From: Cenococcum geophilum | Taxonomy: Eukaryota | NCBI GenBank assembly: GCA_050273025.1 | Contig: CP158636.1 | Coordinates: 7,688,001-7,752,000 of the forward strand | Direction: 5' to 3' | DNA: 64,000 bases | Shown: positions 54,101 to 64,000 of the stretch, one piece after another | How the letters are laid out: each line of letters begins with the position of its first letter | Position numbering within the stretch: the first letter of the stretch is position 1 | Program-made: the position numbers and the translations under genes | The notes under the pieces: model-generated | What the model was told of the DNA's origin: nothing | Database searches by the model: none | What the model saw: the letters and a program-made list of their open reading frames with translations, nothing else

Positions 54101-57100
54101 GTTATAATTTTAGGAGATCTAATAGCCTATAGAGGAGAGATTATTAATCTTAAAATAGGACCTATTTAGATAACTATTAAAGAAAGATAAATTAAGATGT
54201 CTTTTAATATCCTACTATTAGGACGGGATAAGGCAGTATTAGGAATGCCTTAGTTACAGGAATATAATCTAAAGATTAATTAGATTATAGGTTAAGTTAA
54301 TATTAAAGATACTTAACACCGTAAGATATAATATTAAACTAAGTTAGTATAGTACTAAGTTAGAGCGATATATAAAGAGACTAAGCAAAGCTTAAGTTAT
54401 ATACTAAAGGGATACTATAAGTATAGTAAGAAACTATAGAGCCTAAAAAGTAAAAAGCTGGTAGATTATATAGTATGGGACTATAAGATAGAGTTAGAAC
54501 TAGGAATAAGTTTAAGGTTCTTTTTAACCTATAAGCTTACTAAAGAAAAGGTAAGTGCACTTAAAGAGTTTATCTAGGAAAACTTATAAAAGGGATATAT
54601 TAGACTATTATAGTTATTAGCGGGTTATCCAGTACTATTCGTACTAAAGAAAAATAAAAAACTTAGGTGATGCATTAACTATAGATAGTTAAATAGCATT
54701 ACTTAAAAGGATAGGTATCCTTTACCCTTAATTAGCGAAATCTAAAATCAGATAGGCAATATATAAATCTTTATAAAGATAAATCTAAAATGGGCGTACT
54801 ATTAGATTAAAATTAAAAAAGGTAATAAATAAAAAGCAGCTTTTAGATTAAGAGAAGGACTATATAAACCATTAGTTATACAATTTAGATTAATAAATAT
54901 ACTAGCAACGTTTTAGAAACGAATTAATAGTATATTAGGAGAACACCTTAATAAGTTTATTATAGTATACCTTAATAATATTATTATCTACTTAATAATA
55001 GAGGAAGAATACGGGGAATACGTTAAATAGGTTTTAAGGAGACTATAGGAAGAATAGATGCTAATAGCAATTAAGAAATACGAGTTCTTTATAAGGAAGA
55101 CTAATTTTATTAAATTTATTATTAAACTAGGTTATATTAATATAGACCTAAAGAAGATTAAAGCTATAGTAAGTTAGCAAGAACCAGAGAATATAACGTA
55201 GTTAAGGTTATTTTTAGGGGTTTGCAACTACTACAGAAGGTTTATAGCATAATAGTTAAAGAATATTAAACTATTTACTAGGCTTATAAAGAAAGAGAAA
55301 CTATAGGTATAGGGAGATAAGTAAAGGAAGTTATTTAAAGAACTTAAGGAGTTATTTACCTAGGAGCTAATCCTTAAAATCTACTAACTAGGACTAGATA
55401 TGGTTGTAGAAATAGACGTATTAGACTATATATTAGGAGTATGCTTACTATAAAAGTATAAGGACGTATAGCACCTAGTATCGTACTATAGTAGAAAGAT
55501 AACACTACTAAAGTTAAACTATAACGTCTATAACAAGGAGTTATTAGGTATAGTTATAGCACTTAAGGAATAGAGAGTATTCTTATAAGGTATAGAGAAA
55601 CTATTTATAGTTAAAACGGATTATAAGAACTTAACGGGGTTCCTAATAATAAAAGAACTTAATTATAAATAGGTTAGATAGGCAGAGATACTTACAGAAT
55701 ACTATTTTAAGATTTAGTATACTAAAGGAACTAAGAATATAAGAGTAAACACACTTAGTAGAAAGGCTAAACTATAAAATAATAAAAAGCTATTAGGAGC
55801 AATGCTACGTAGAGATAAGGATAGATAGATTAGATATAATTACCCTAAACTAGTAGTAACTTAAGAGGATAACAAACTAGGAAGAGTCTATAAGATACTA
55901 AAAAGCTTTTAGGTATAGAGAATTCTAGAAGTATAGCTAGAAGATCTATAGATAGATATATACGAACATTAAGAAGCAAAGTATATTCTAAAGAGCATAG
56001 TAGAGTATTTTATAAAAGATTTCTATAAGGGAATAACTTAAGGATATAATAGAGTAATAGGCTTAGTGTTAAGACTTTAGAAAGAATATATTATTAATAG
56101 AATTTAGAATATTATAAGAAAAGTAATAAAGGAGTGTTTAGATTACTAAATAAATAAATTAATAAGGTATAAGCTATACGGAGGGCTATAACCTATTAAA
56201 ATACTAGAAAGACTATAGGAGGTTATATTATAGGACTTTATTATTAAGTTACTAAAGTTAAGAGATCCTATTACTAGATAAGAGTATAACGTAATTTTAG
56301 TAATAGTGGATAAGTTAACTAAATAGGGCTACTTTATAGCATACACAGAAGAAATCTTAGCGGAAGATATCGCTAGAATCTATATTAAAGAAGTGTTTAT
56401 AAGATATAGAGTACTAAGTAAGATTATATTAGACAGAGATCTAAGATTTATAATAGTATTTTAAGAGGTATTTTTAGCGGAGTAAGAAGTTTAAGTAGTA
56501 ACTTCTACCGCATATTATCTATAGACAAACGGTTAAATAGAGAGATTAAATTAAACGCTAAAACAGTATCTAAAACATTATATTAATTATGCATAAAATA
56601 ATTAGGTATTGCTATTACCAGTTATATAGTTTATATATAACATAACACTATAAGAAGGAATAGGCATATTACTATTTAAGGTAAATTATAGATATAAGCT
56701 AAGAATATTATTATTACTATAATAAGTAAAGAAAATAAGTAGTATAGCTAAAGAAAGAATAAAGATATTAATAAATCTTTATATAGACCTTATAGAATTA
56801 GTAAAAAAGGTATAAGAGAGAATAAAAAGGTACTATAATACTAAGAGATTTAAAGGACCAGATCTTAAGGAGGGAGATAAAGTATAGCTACTATATAAAA
56901 ATTTTAAGAGTTAATAACTAAGTAAGAAGTTGGACTATGTTAGACTAGGACCTTTTAAAATTATATAAAGAATTTTACTAGTTACGTTTAAGTTAAACCT
57001 ACTAGCTAAAATAAAGATCTACCCTATATAGTATATCGCGATACTAGAACCGGTATATAGGAATATTAAGCCACTAGTCTATAAGGTAGACATATATAGA

Positions 57101-57300
57101 GGATAAAAGGAAGACAAATAGTAAGTTTTAAAGATCGTTAGTTATAAGGATATTAACAATAAAACATAGTATAAGGTTAAGTAGATAGGCTATAATAAGA
57201 CTACCTAGGAACTACTAAAAAATCTAAGAAACGCTATAAGAAAGGTATAGGAGTATTAAAAGAAATTAGGTTAGGGAGCATTAATAAAAAAGAATTACTA
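51150..57300 (+). pseudogene. Gypsy gag-pol copy 2, uninterrupted but RIP-inactivated
   Basis: Colinear with copy 1, lacking both insertions; RT YLDD at ~54970, chromodomain at ~57110-57240. Confidence 0.9.
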
Positions 57301-57309
57301 AAAAATAAG

Positions 57310-57880
57310 TCACCTAAGGGGGACCTAAGAAGAGTAGTTGCCAAACTACTTAAATCTGTTTCCTTCTTAGTTAGAAGAAAATCCGTTCTTTTATTACTAA
57401 GTTCCTATAAGCCTTATTCTATAAGTTTCTACTCCTTAAAATAAACCTTCTTACGAACCTTTTTAAGATAGATTAGTTAAGTAGACGCCGTAAGACGAGA
57501 CTTAAGGGCCTGTTACTAAGCATTGGCGGCCTCTTATTTAGCGTTATAAGAATAATATAGTTCCGCTAAAGTAATAAATAGCTTATTATCTAGCTAAGCA
57601 GCAGTTGATTAAACACAAGACCCTAAAATAAATTAATTAGGGAACTAGACGACTATTAAGGATAATAGGTTATATATATTTAGCATTAGAGACAAAGCGA
57701 ATATTATAGGACGAATAAATATTTACTTTAGTGCACTTTAAATAAAAGGACGGTTATTATAAAGATAGACTCGCTAACGTAATACAAACTAACCCCTCTT
57801 TTAAATAGCGAGAATATAGAGATAGTATAATCTTACTAAGAGATAATATCGCCGCAATAGTATAAGTATAACAACCGGTT
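57310..57880 (-). pseudogene. Antisense accessory ORF in the Gypsy 3' region with a Cys-rich (Zn-cluster-like) N-terminus
   Basis: De-RIP: MPSPCSRCSKEGLVCITLASPSSRQPSSCSECTKANIRSSCDIRSVSDAE (C-x2-C-x6-C-x13-C-x2-C-x8-C); four of six Cys codons are read as TAT<TGT. Confidence 0.5.
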
Positions 57881-58549
57881 AAAGAAAGAGAAGAAACTTT
57901 AGGTATAATAAGTAACAATATTAACCAAATTAATTAGACGGATATTATACCTCTAGTAAATAACCTAGAGATATTAAGCGTCTTTAAGGACGAAGATAGA
58001 AAGGAGGGAGATAGTATTACGGACGCTTTAAGTATAATATTATAACTACTTAGAAAAGAGTCGAAAGAAGTAAGTTAGTTAATTTAGGTATAGTTTAGGA
58101 TAGAGCTAATAGAGCTATATAACGAGGAATAGTAACTAAGGTTATATAATATTATACGCAGTATACGTAGTATATAAAGGGAATGTATATATAATACGTA
58201 TAACACGTACCTTATATATAAAGGGGATTTCTTAGGAGTATAGTTATATATTTAAAGGACCATAGTCCCTACCTAGATAGTTCTCTCCTTTGTAGTAAAT
58301 CTTAAAATACAATTAGAGTTAATCTATTAGGCAACCACTCCGCTAGTTATTATTACGTTATTAACTATTCTATACCTATATACCTAGCCTATTAATAAGC
58401 CCACCGTAGTATTTCCTATAAGGCTTCGTTATATAGGATTATTATAATTATAGGAACTTACTAGATATAATCTTTTTAAATATTTTTCCGCATTATTATA
58501 GTTATCTAGCTTACTATTATTATTATTAATATCCATATCTAGTATAGTC

Positions 58550-59856
58550 TCTTAAGAGGTAGTCTATAGCTTTATATTAAAGGAATAATCTTATAATAAG
58601 GCGCCGAAACTACGCCGTCTTCTACAACTCTGGAAATATGGTGCTTTTACTCTAATAAGCTTTCGATTTACATATCCTTATAATTAAAGTCATTATCTGC
58701 TATACGCTTTGCAGCTCTCTTCTCTTACTTAATATACCTTAATTTATTATTGGAAGCTATTCTTTCCAGTAGTGTTTCTAATCTTTTACGTTTCTTAACT
58801 TTAGGAAGAATAGAGTGTTTAATAAGCACTTTTTGCCCTTAGATCTTGTCCTCTATAGTAGCGAGGTATTGGTATAGTTCTTAAGCGGATAAGAGTATCT
58901 CTTAACCTTCTCCAATTACCTCCTCCATTAACTCTTTATAAGCAAAGTCGGATAGTTAAATTTGTAGACCTAGGTAAGCGGTAGGATTCCCCTTATCGTC
59001 GCGAAATACCTAATTTAGAATCTTAGAATATCGTAATGCGAGAATATTGGCCTTAAACTAGATACATACCTTATCTTTTATTTCTTAAATTACTCCTAAC
59101 TAATCCCTATTGTTCGTATAAAACATACAAGTTCGCTATACTAATAACGTCGCCTTATGCAAGCCCTTCTTGCCGTATTTAATATCTAGACCTATAACGA
59201 CCTATACACTAGCATCCGAGTCTAGAAGATAGTCTTTAGCTAGCTAGCCTAGCCTTTTCCTCTTTTATAAATATACGACTTCAATTATAACCCTAGGATA
59301 TTATACATCGTTATACTAAAATAAAGCGTCCGGCTTATATTTTAACTTTATACTAGGTAGAACATTATTAAGTAGAAAATATATCTTAGTTAATTAGGCT
59401 AGGCGCACTTTCTACGTAAAAAGGGCTGCACTGTCTGATCCACTGCGAATTATTTTTAGCTGACTTCGAATCGCGTCCTTAATACTATTAATAAAGAGCT
59501 CGTGGACGCCAGTTAGCATGCAGACAATTAGTCGATGCTTTCTTCCGTCGTAGTTATATCTGCCCAATTCCAACTATTAGCTAGCCGCCTCTATCGTTCC
59601 CGGAGTCTATACACCGTATTTTATCTTTAATGTATCCAAATAGCGACTTATCTCGCCTAAGCTGACGCTTTATCTTATTGTACTCTTCTCGCGTAAGCTG
59701 AAATTCCATTTATAGGTGTTCCCCGATATATTTCCTAGCTTAGATATCTCTAAGAAGCGCGATAACTTAGGAAGCTTATGTAAAGGCTTTCTTGTCAGTT
59801 AGTAGGGGCGTTAAAGGTATATCTATAAACCTTAAAGGAGGCTGCGATATAGATAT
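58550..59856 (-). pseudogene. PD-(D/E)xK restriction-endonuclease-fold protein (Uma2/Crinkler-REase-like fungal family), RIP-inactivated
   Basis: De-RIP: LIVRMPTGVHELFI ... KHEPDASFWHDDAQYPGVIIEVAYSQKRKRL.RLAEDYLLDSDASVQVVIGLDIEY; intron at ~59560-59615. Confidence 0.7.
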
Positions 59857-60972
59857 AGCCGTATATCATGCTATAGGAAGGCCCACATCGTAAGATTAAG
59901 CGGTAGTAGTCGCGAGAACTAGTTAGGGTTTAGGAGTTCCGGTATAGTTTAGTTGACTTAGTAACCGCACTAAGCTAAATACTAAGTAGTAACGGCAGCG
60001 TTATCGCCATAACGCTATACCTAAGACAATTAGTTCTAGCGCCAACTAGTTACCTACTTACTTTACATTCTCTATTTATTAACCTTAAGAAGTACATCTT
60101 AATAAGGGTATAGCTAGAGCGGGTCAGCCGCCCTCCCTACTAGTGCTAGAAATACGCCGCGTATAACAAACTGGGATTAGTAACTTATACTTTATAATAC
60201 TATAGAGCGAGTACCGAGCACATCTTAATATATATTGCTACTGTATTTTATAACCTATAGACATGTATATCTAGCTCTAAAGGTAACTTCCCCCTTATAT
60301 ATAGCTGCTAGAAATTTTATCTCGCTATTAACTAGGGTTCTTCTTTCCACCTAACTAAATTTAGTTAAGTATTAGGTGCCTAATTATAGCACCTAAACTA
60401 GCCTTACTATTATTAATATGTTTTTTTTATAAGCTTTAAATATATATAAGAATAGGTATCTTAATTAAACTTATAACTTTTTATCCTTAGCTATATAGCG
60501 CTAAATCTTATAGTATAATGTTATACGCTCTGCTCCTAGAATATATAATTTAATCCTTTCCTATTTTAGCTCTAGCTCTTATTAAGGAATTAATAGTAGA
60601 GTTATATATTCGCAACTTTAATATAGTAGTAGAAATGTAGCTATACTAAGTAGATATTTATACTATCTATATAACCTATAATTAATTTTAATAGTAGAAC
60701 TAAATAAAAAGGAATAAGTGTTTTTATACTATAAAGTTATTACTAGGTCTTCTTTAGTTTTAGCTCCCTTTCGCTTTAAGTATAGTTATAAAAGTTAAGA
60801 GTTATATACGCTAGGTAGTAATCTTTTATATAGCTAGAAGAATCCTATTTATTACATTCCTAATATAAATATAGGATAACTTCTAAAACTTTTATTTATA
60901 GAATTATATAAAGAATAAATTCTTTTTAAAGGACTTTAATACGCTTTAAAAAGAGTATTATCTAGTATCTAA

Positions 60973-62141
60973 ATAGCTACCTATAGCTTAGATGAGCTTT
61001 ACAGTCCTAAAGACACTAAAGTTAAGTAAGTCCCTTAGTTATAGTTAGATAAAGGTAAAATAACTAGACTTATCTAGTATTATATTTATCTATAAACTCT
61101 CTAAATATTAAAGAGCAACTTAGACTAAGGACTCTGTTTTATAGCCCTAAAAGCTACTACCTACTAATATTCTAAGTGCTTATATAATTACATTTAGGTA
61201 TAAAGTAGCTATTATTAATTTAAATAATAAAGTTACTTAGAGTATAATAGAGAGATATATTACTAATATCTATAATAGGCTAGCCGGATTACGGTTAGGG
61301 ACTCTATTTATAGGTTTAGCATTTTTACGGCCCTAAATTCTCTATAATTTCTTAATAAGTTAAACTAAAGTTTAAACGGCCTATTGTATTTATTATATAT
61401 AGTTTTAGTAGCTTAGTATATACGTAAGTAAGTCTATTATTAAAGTGCTACCCTTTTTACCTTTTACTAATACTTAACCAGGCAATTATTAAAGGAGTAT
61501 TTAAAGTGTCTACTAATAACTTATCTATAATTATAAACAATACCTAAGAAATTATATTTTTAGGAACGCTATTTTATAGATTACCCTTTATAAAATATAT
61601 AGAGATCCTTTAAAGAGTTATTTAGGTTTTTTATAGTATAAATATAAAAAAGATCCGCGATCTTAAGGAGAGGTTTAAAAGGCTTAAAATTCTAGTAGAA
61701 GTATTTACTAGCAGACTACGCTAACGCCTTTTAAATAGCAAAGAATTAAGAGTTTACTTCTTTTATAAAACATTAATAATTTATAGTATCCTAGTATTTC
61801 TAGCTTAGCCTTTTATTAAGATATTATGCTAAGAGTTATAGGTAGTACCGGAAAGTAACGTAAAGATAATTAGTTACGGTAATTAGGTATCTATTTACGC
61901 AAATTACTTAAATATATATAAGTTTATAAGTAAAGACGATAAGGGATATAAAAGCGTATTAGCCGCTATTAAGAAATTTATAAAGAAGGAGACCGTAAAA
62001 GGGCTACCTAAAGTAAGTATAATTACTATCTAAATTTATAATTAGAATGCTATAACTAATATCTAGAATAATAGCGGCAATACTAAGGTTAGGTAGTAAG
62101 TGGGATAGTAGAATATTTCTAGAGGTTTATACTTTTCTTAA
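60973..62141 (+). pseudogene. SesB-like alpha/beta hydrolase with C-terminal N/Q/G-rich amyloid-like motif, RIP-inactivated
   Basis: De-RIP: IIFIHGL.GH..ATWT...LWP.ELLP.DIP.ARIITFGY (~61080-61200), KRPIVFIAHSLGGLVC (~61375-61420), RGIIFLGTPFHGS (~61545), IHANHS.ICKF...DDEGYKSV (~61890-61960), terminal NNSGN.KVGQQVGQQNISGGL.FS* (62067-62141). Confidence 0.78.
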
Positions 62142-62864
62142 CTATAATAGTAGATAGTAGCGCTAAGTATTAGCATTTCCCTTATAGTAGTTTAATAGTA
62201 AAGCCAATATAAGCCTTAGTCTTTTTAAAGTAGTTTAGTAAAGACCTCTAATATATATAAGGGCTTACTAAAGACTAAGATACTAGATTTACGGTAATAC
62301 AGCTATATAGCTATATAATTAGCAAGTAGGCGTTACTTAATTATTTACTTATACTAAGGCCTACGCTTAAAAATAAGCTAGCAGCTTTATATAGTATAAA
62401 TTATTTAAGACACCTTTATTTTATAAATTAAAAAATAGGTAAATATAGTTAACGTTTATATTAATAAAGGAAAATTTGTTAGCTTTACTCCGCCTTAAAT
62501 CCTAGCGTCGCTTTTAAGTTATTAAAAGCCTAGGCGCGTTAATCTCTTATAGCTTTATTAGCACCTTAGTATTAGCTTAAACGTCCGCCCACTTTAACCT
62601 AAATTAAGTAGCTTGCCAGCTTAGTTAATAGATACTACTATACTTGTTAATTATTATAAAGGTAATCTACTCTATAATACTTATAAAGACTTTAAAAACA
62701 GTAATTGGTTAAGCAGAGTAGTATAAAAAGCGCGAAATTAATAGCTTATCTACGCAGCTTACTAGCTATACTAAAGCAACAACTTTATACTAGTATATTA
62801 AGCGAGCGTAATAAGTATAAATATAGTCTACTACAGCGTGTAGTAGATGCAATTTCTAAGTAGC

Positions 62865-62995
62865 CGATTTTTAAAGAACTAATTTTAAAGAACTAATTTC
62901 TAAGGAACTGATTTTTAAGAAGCGGATTTCTAAGAAGCGGATTTCTAAGCTAAAGATTTCTAGGTAGAAGATTCCAGGTAGAAGATTTTAAAGCG
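62865..62995. repeat. ~15-bp tandem repeat (GATTTCTAAGAAGCG-like)
   Basis: About 8 imperfect units; may be in-frame (KSASQ)n on the minus strand. Confidence 0.7.
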
Positions 62996-63149
62996 GTTTA
63001 AATTTAAAGGCAGCTGCGTTTAAAAGTAAAAGTAATTCTAATATAAAAGGAAGCTTTACCGGAATGGAGGTAGGCGGGGAGGTAGTAGAGTTAGCTTAGG
63101 TATGTATACGTTACTAGTAAGAAAGGTAGCTATACTAAAATCCTAAACT

Positions 63150-64000
63150 AAGTAGTGTATTAAGCAGGCTAAATTTAAAAATAGTAATACGACTAAATGC
63201 ATATCCTAGTATAAAAGTATTACTCTAAATAGCTAAATATATCGCTTAGTAATTAAAAAGAAGCTAAAGTATATTCTCCGTCTTACAAGTTACCTAAATC
63301 TCTTTTATAAATAGTTTCCCTATAGAGCTTACTTAGGGAGAAGTATTAGAGAGAGAACTAATGTCTAACTCTCCTTAATTTGTTTCTAGGTATACTCTAT
63401 TGCTAGAGAACGATAGGCTCTTAATTACGACATCAACCTTAAGCGTCTGCCGCGCCGCTCCCGTGGCCGCGTCCCAGAGCCTGACGGTGCTGTCGCCCGA
63501 TGCCGACGCGACCAGCTTGCCGTCCGGCGAGAAGGCGACGGCGTTGACCCAATGTGAATGGCCCTCGAGCGTCTGCCGCGCCGCTCCCGTGGCCGCGTCC
63601 CAGAGCCTGACGGTGCTGTCGTGCGATGCCGACGCGACCAGCTTGCCGTCCGGCGAGAAGACGACGGCGTTGACCCTATCCGAATGGCCCTCGAGCGTCT
63701 GCCGCGCCGCTCCCGTGGCCGCGTCCCAGAGCCTGACGGTGCTGTCGTCCAATGCCGACGCGACCAGCTTGCCGTCCGGCGAGAAGGCGACGGCGTTGAC
63801 CCAACTCGAATGGCCCTCGAGCGTCTGCCCCGCCGAGCTCCACTCTTTTTGTACTTTTGGTAGTCCAGTAATCCAACAAGCCATCTGCCCTTTAAACTGT
63901 TTCCGAACTAAACTTATCTTTGGTGCGAATACTAGAGCTAAGAAATATATCTAAAGAGGCGCCTTTTTAATTATTGATCTATTATTAAGGGCGAATCGTC
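63150..64000 (-). pseudogene. 3' end of a HET-E/NWD-type NACHT-WD40 NLR gene; flanks carry RIP stops; continues beyond the window
   Basis: RRFAL.NRSII.KAPL*IY..ALVFAP..SLVRKQF pre-repeat linker; WD40 repeats TLEGHS.WVNAVAFSPDGKLVASAS.DSTVRLWD; C-terminal ETN*G...*V...ENIL*L..DY with stops at expected R/W/Q codons. Confidence 0.9.
63442..63829 (-). repeat. Three near-identical 126-bp WD40 repeat units, GC-rich and not RIP-mutated
   Basis: (G/A)AGCGTCTGCC recurs at 63441, 63567, 63693 and 63819 (period 126). Confidence 0.97.

Larger units (their letters stand above)
36635..58433 (+). mobile_element. Ty3/Gypsy chromovirus complex: LTR1-internal-LTR2-internal-LTR3
   Basis: LTR1 36635-37080, LTR2 50633-51053, LTR3 58015-58433. 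Single TSD TAGGA (36630-36634, 58434-58438). Purine tract only before LTR3. Confidence 0.92.

Noticed and set aside
35080..58500. Candidate Tc1 TIRs at ~35080 and ~58500 enclosing the Gypsy complex
   Set aside because: Similarity after RIP is too weak to call without a consensus.
63375..63884. 169-aa stand-alone WD40 CDS
   Set aside because: It is an internal segment of a larger NLR, bounded by RIP-derived stop codons.
63400..63954. 184-aa and 101-aa plus-strand ORFs and a 67-aa alternative-frame ORF
   Set aside because: Antisense or frame shadows of the GC-rich WD40 repeats.

Overview
AT-rich, heavily RIP-mutated (TpA-rich, CpA/TpG-poor) repeat compartment of a filamentous ascomycete genome, with no intact protein-coding gene that I can support. 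Most proteins below were read by mentally reverting C>T/G>A changes, so their coordinates are approximate. TIR, LTR and TSD boundaries were read directly from the sequence. Left to right: a head-to-tail Crypton (tyrosine-recombinase) tandem (1-5049) and two sister MITEs (5050-6077). Next is a four-level nest: a pogo/Fot1 element (6080-32697) holds an internally deleted Copia (10358-32211), which holds a 19-kb AcademH-like helicase+transposase element carrying duplicated cargo genes (12960-32061), which holds a hAT (28490-30934). Then come SesA-domain fragments, a Tc1 transposase with a 152-bp MITE, and a three-LTR chromoviral Gypsy complex (36635-58433). The Gypsy complex holds a GalEa-type Copia and a 1-kb non-LTR retroelement whose 5' end folds as an HDV-like self-cleaving ribozyme. 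The window ends with a PD-(D/E)xK nuclease-like pseudogene, a SesB-like alpha/beta-hydrolase pseudogene ending in an N/Q/G-rich amyloid-like motif, and the convergent 3' end of a NACHT-WD40-type NLR pseudogene whose 126-bp WD40 repeats have escaped RIP.
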